A stretch of DNA of 63,967 nt, the filler included, from Octopus bimaculoides (taxonomy: Eukaryota), in assembly GCF_001194135.2 (NCBI RefSeq). It is 8 parts of 7 records of this genome, joined end to end, with 100 filler letters (N's around TTAATTAATTAA, not from the genome) between each part and the next. Parts side by side here need not be neighbours in the genome. Positions count along the whole stretch, not along the records: positions 62,563 to 63,967 come from NC_069000.1; 7 more parts are not named here. One strand, given 5' to 3'. The translations under genes and the position numbers were made by a program. The number at the start of each line of letters is the position of its first letter. Position 1 is the first letter of the stretch. The notes under the pieces were generated by a model that was not told the origin of the DNA, did not search any database, and saw only the letters and a program-made list of their open reading frames with translations. This document shows positions 63,213 to 63,967 of the stretch, piece by piece.

Positions 63213-63967
63213 GATGAATTGTTTTTGAAAGGTTGATATGTGTCCTTGATGCCGAAATCGATTTTTCTTATCACAACCACCACAGCCACAAAACATTGAT
63301 TTTATATTCTTTTACAATTTTGATGTTTTGCTACAAATATTCAATGTTAATTCCATTTATTTAAGTACTGTAGTAATAGGAGGTTATTTACTGTAACCTT
63401 TTTACATAGTCTCTACCAAAATTTGACAAATTTAATTTGAAGTTTTTACATTTTGGTTTTTGAACTAATCAACAAAATGTTGAATACTATAGAATTTTTC
63501 TGAAACAATAAAAGAAAAGAAAATAATTTAAAACCAAAAATAATTAAATATATCTCCATCCTAAGATAAAAATTACAAAAGAAAATGTTTGCATGATCGA
63601 TAAGTTCTGTTCTGCGTTTAAGTTGAACATAACAAAACTACAAAAAATTTATTTTGCTTAAAGAAATAAAAACAAAATAAAAACAAAATAAAACAATTAT
63701 ATGCCAGTAAAAATGGTGAGATTAAAGTTTCCATCAGTAAAGTATTAAAACCAATGATACAACTAGGCTTTCGATAATTCCAAAAATATTATGAATATTA
63801 TGTGTATACTCTTACCATGGATAATGGAAACAATAAAAAAAAAAGTGTTCGATGTTGGATATTCTGCTATATTAATGTTGTAATCCTAGACATTGAAATC
63901 AAAAATGAGTCATAAAAATATTTACCAATTGCATCAATAGAAATAGTTTTGATTCTTCCGTGTATAT

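Overview
Eukaryotic, AT-rich, gappy draft-assembly DNA. The repeat landscape (SINE families, CR1/L2/RTE/R4-type LINEs, Penelope, mariner/pogo MITEs, dense microsatellites) looks like octopus; the taxon is my inference, not a database result. Nearly all ORFs in the supplied track are microsatellite noise or transposon debris. Main signals: (1) the probable 3' end of a + strand host gene. It has tiny exons at 2192-2209 (18 nt), 18200-18214 (15 nt), 18358-18365 (8 nt) and possibly 6078-6119 (42 nt). These splice in frame into the ORF at 18544-18893, giving a Ser/Thr/Ala-rich stalk plus a hydrophobic GPI/TM-like segment. Skipping the 8-nt exon would remove that anchor. (2) A ~150-bp Penelope-type terminal-repeat mini-element in (TA)n carrying a minimal type I hammerhead fold (43755-43798), with two related degenerate copies. 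(3) A ~540-580-bp non-coding element in five copies with shared termini; four sit in (AAT)n/(GAT)n arrays with fixed polarity. (4) A cluster of seven R4/Dong-type (RLE) LINE fragments at 52-61 kb. (5) Several long hairpins. No rRNA, tRNA gene, CRISPR array or recognisable known miRNA was seen. Repeat boundaries were read by eye and are approximate. All family names come from recalled motifs and need database confirmation.
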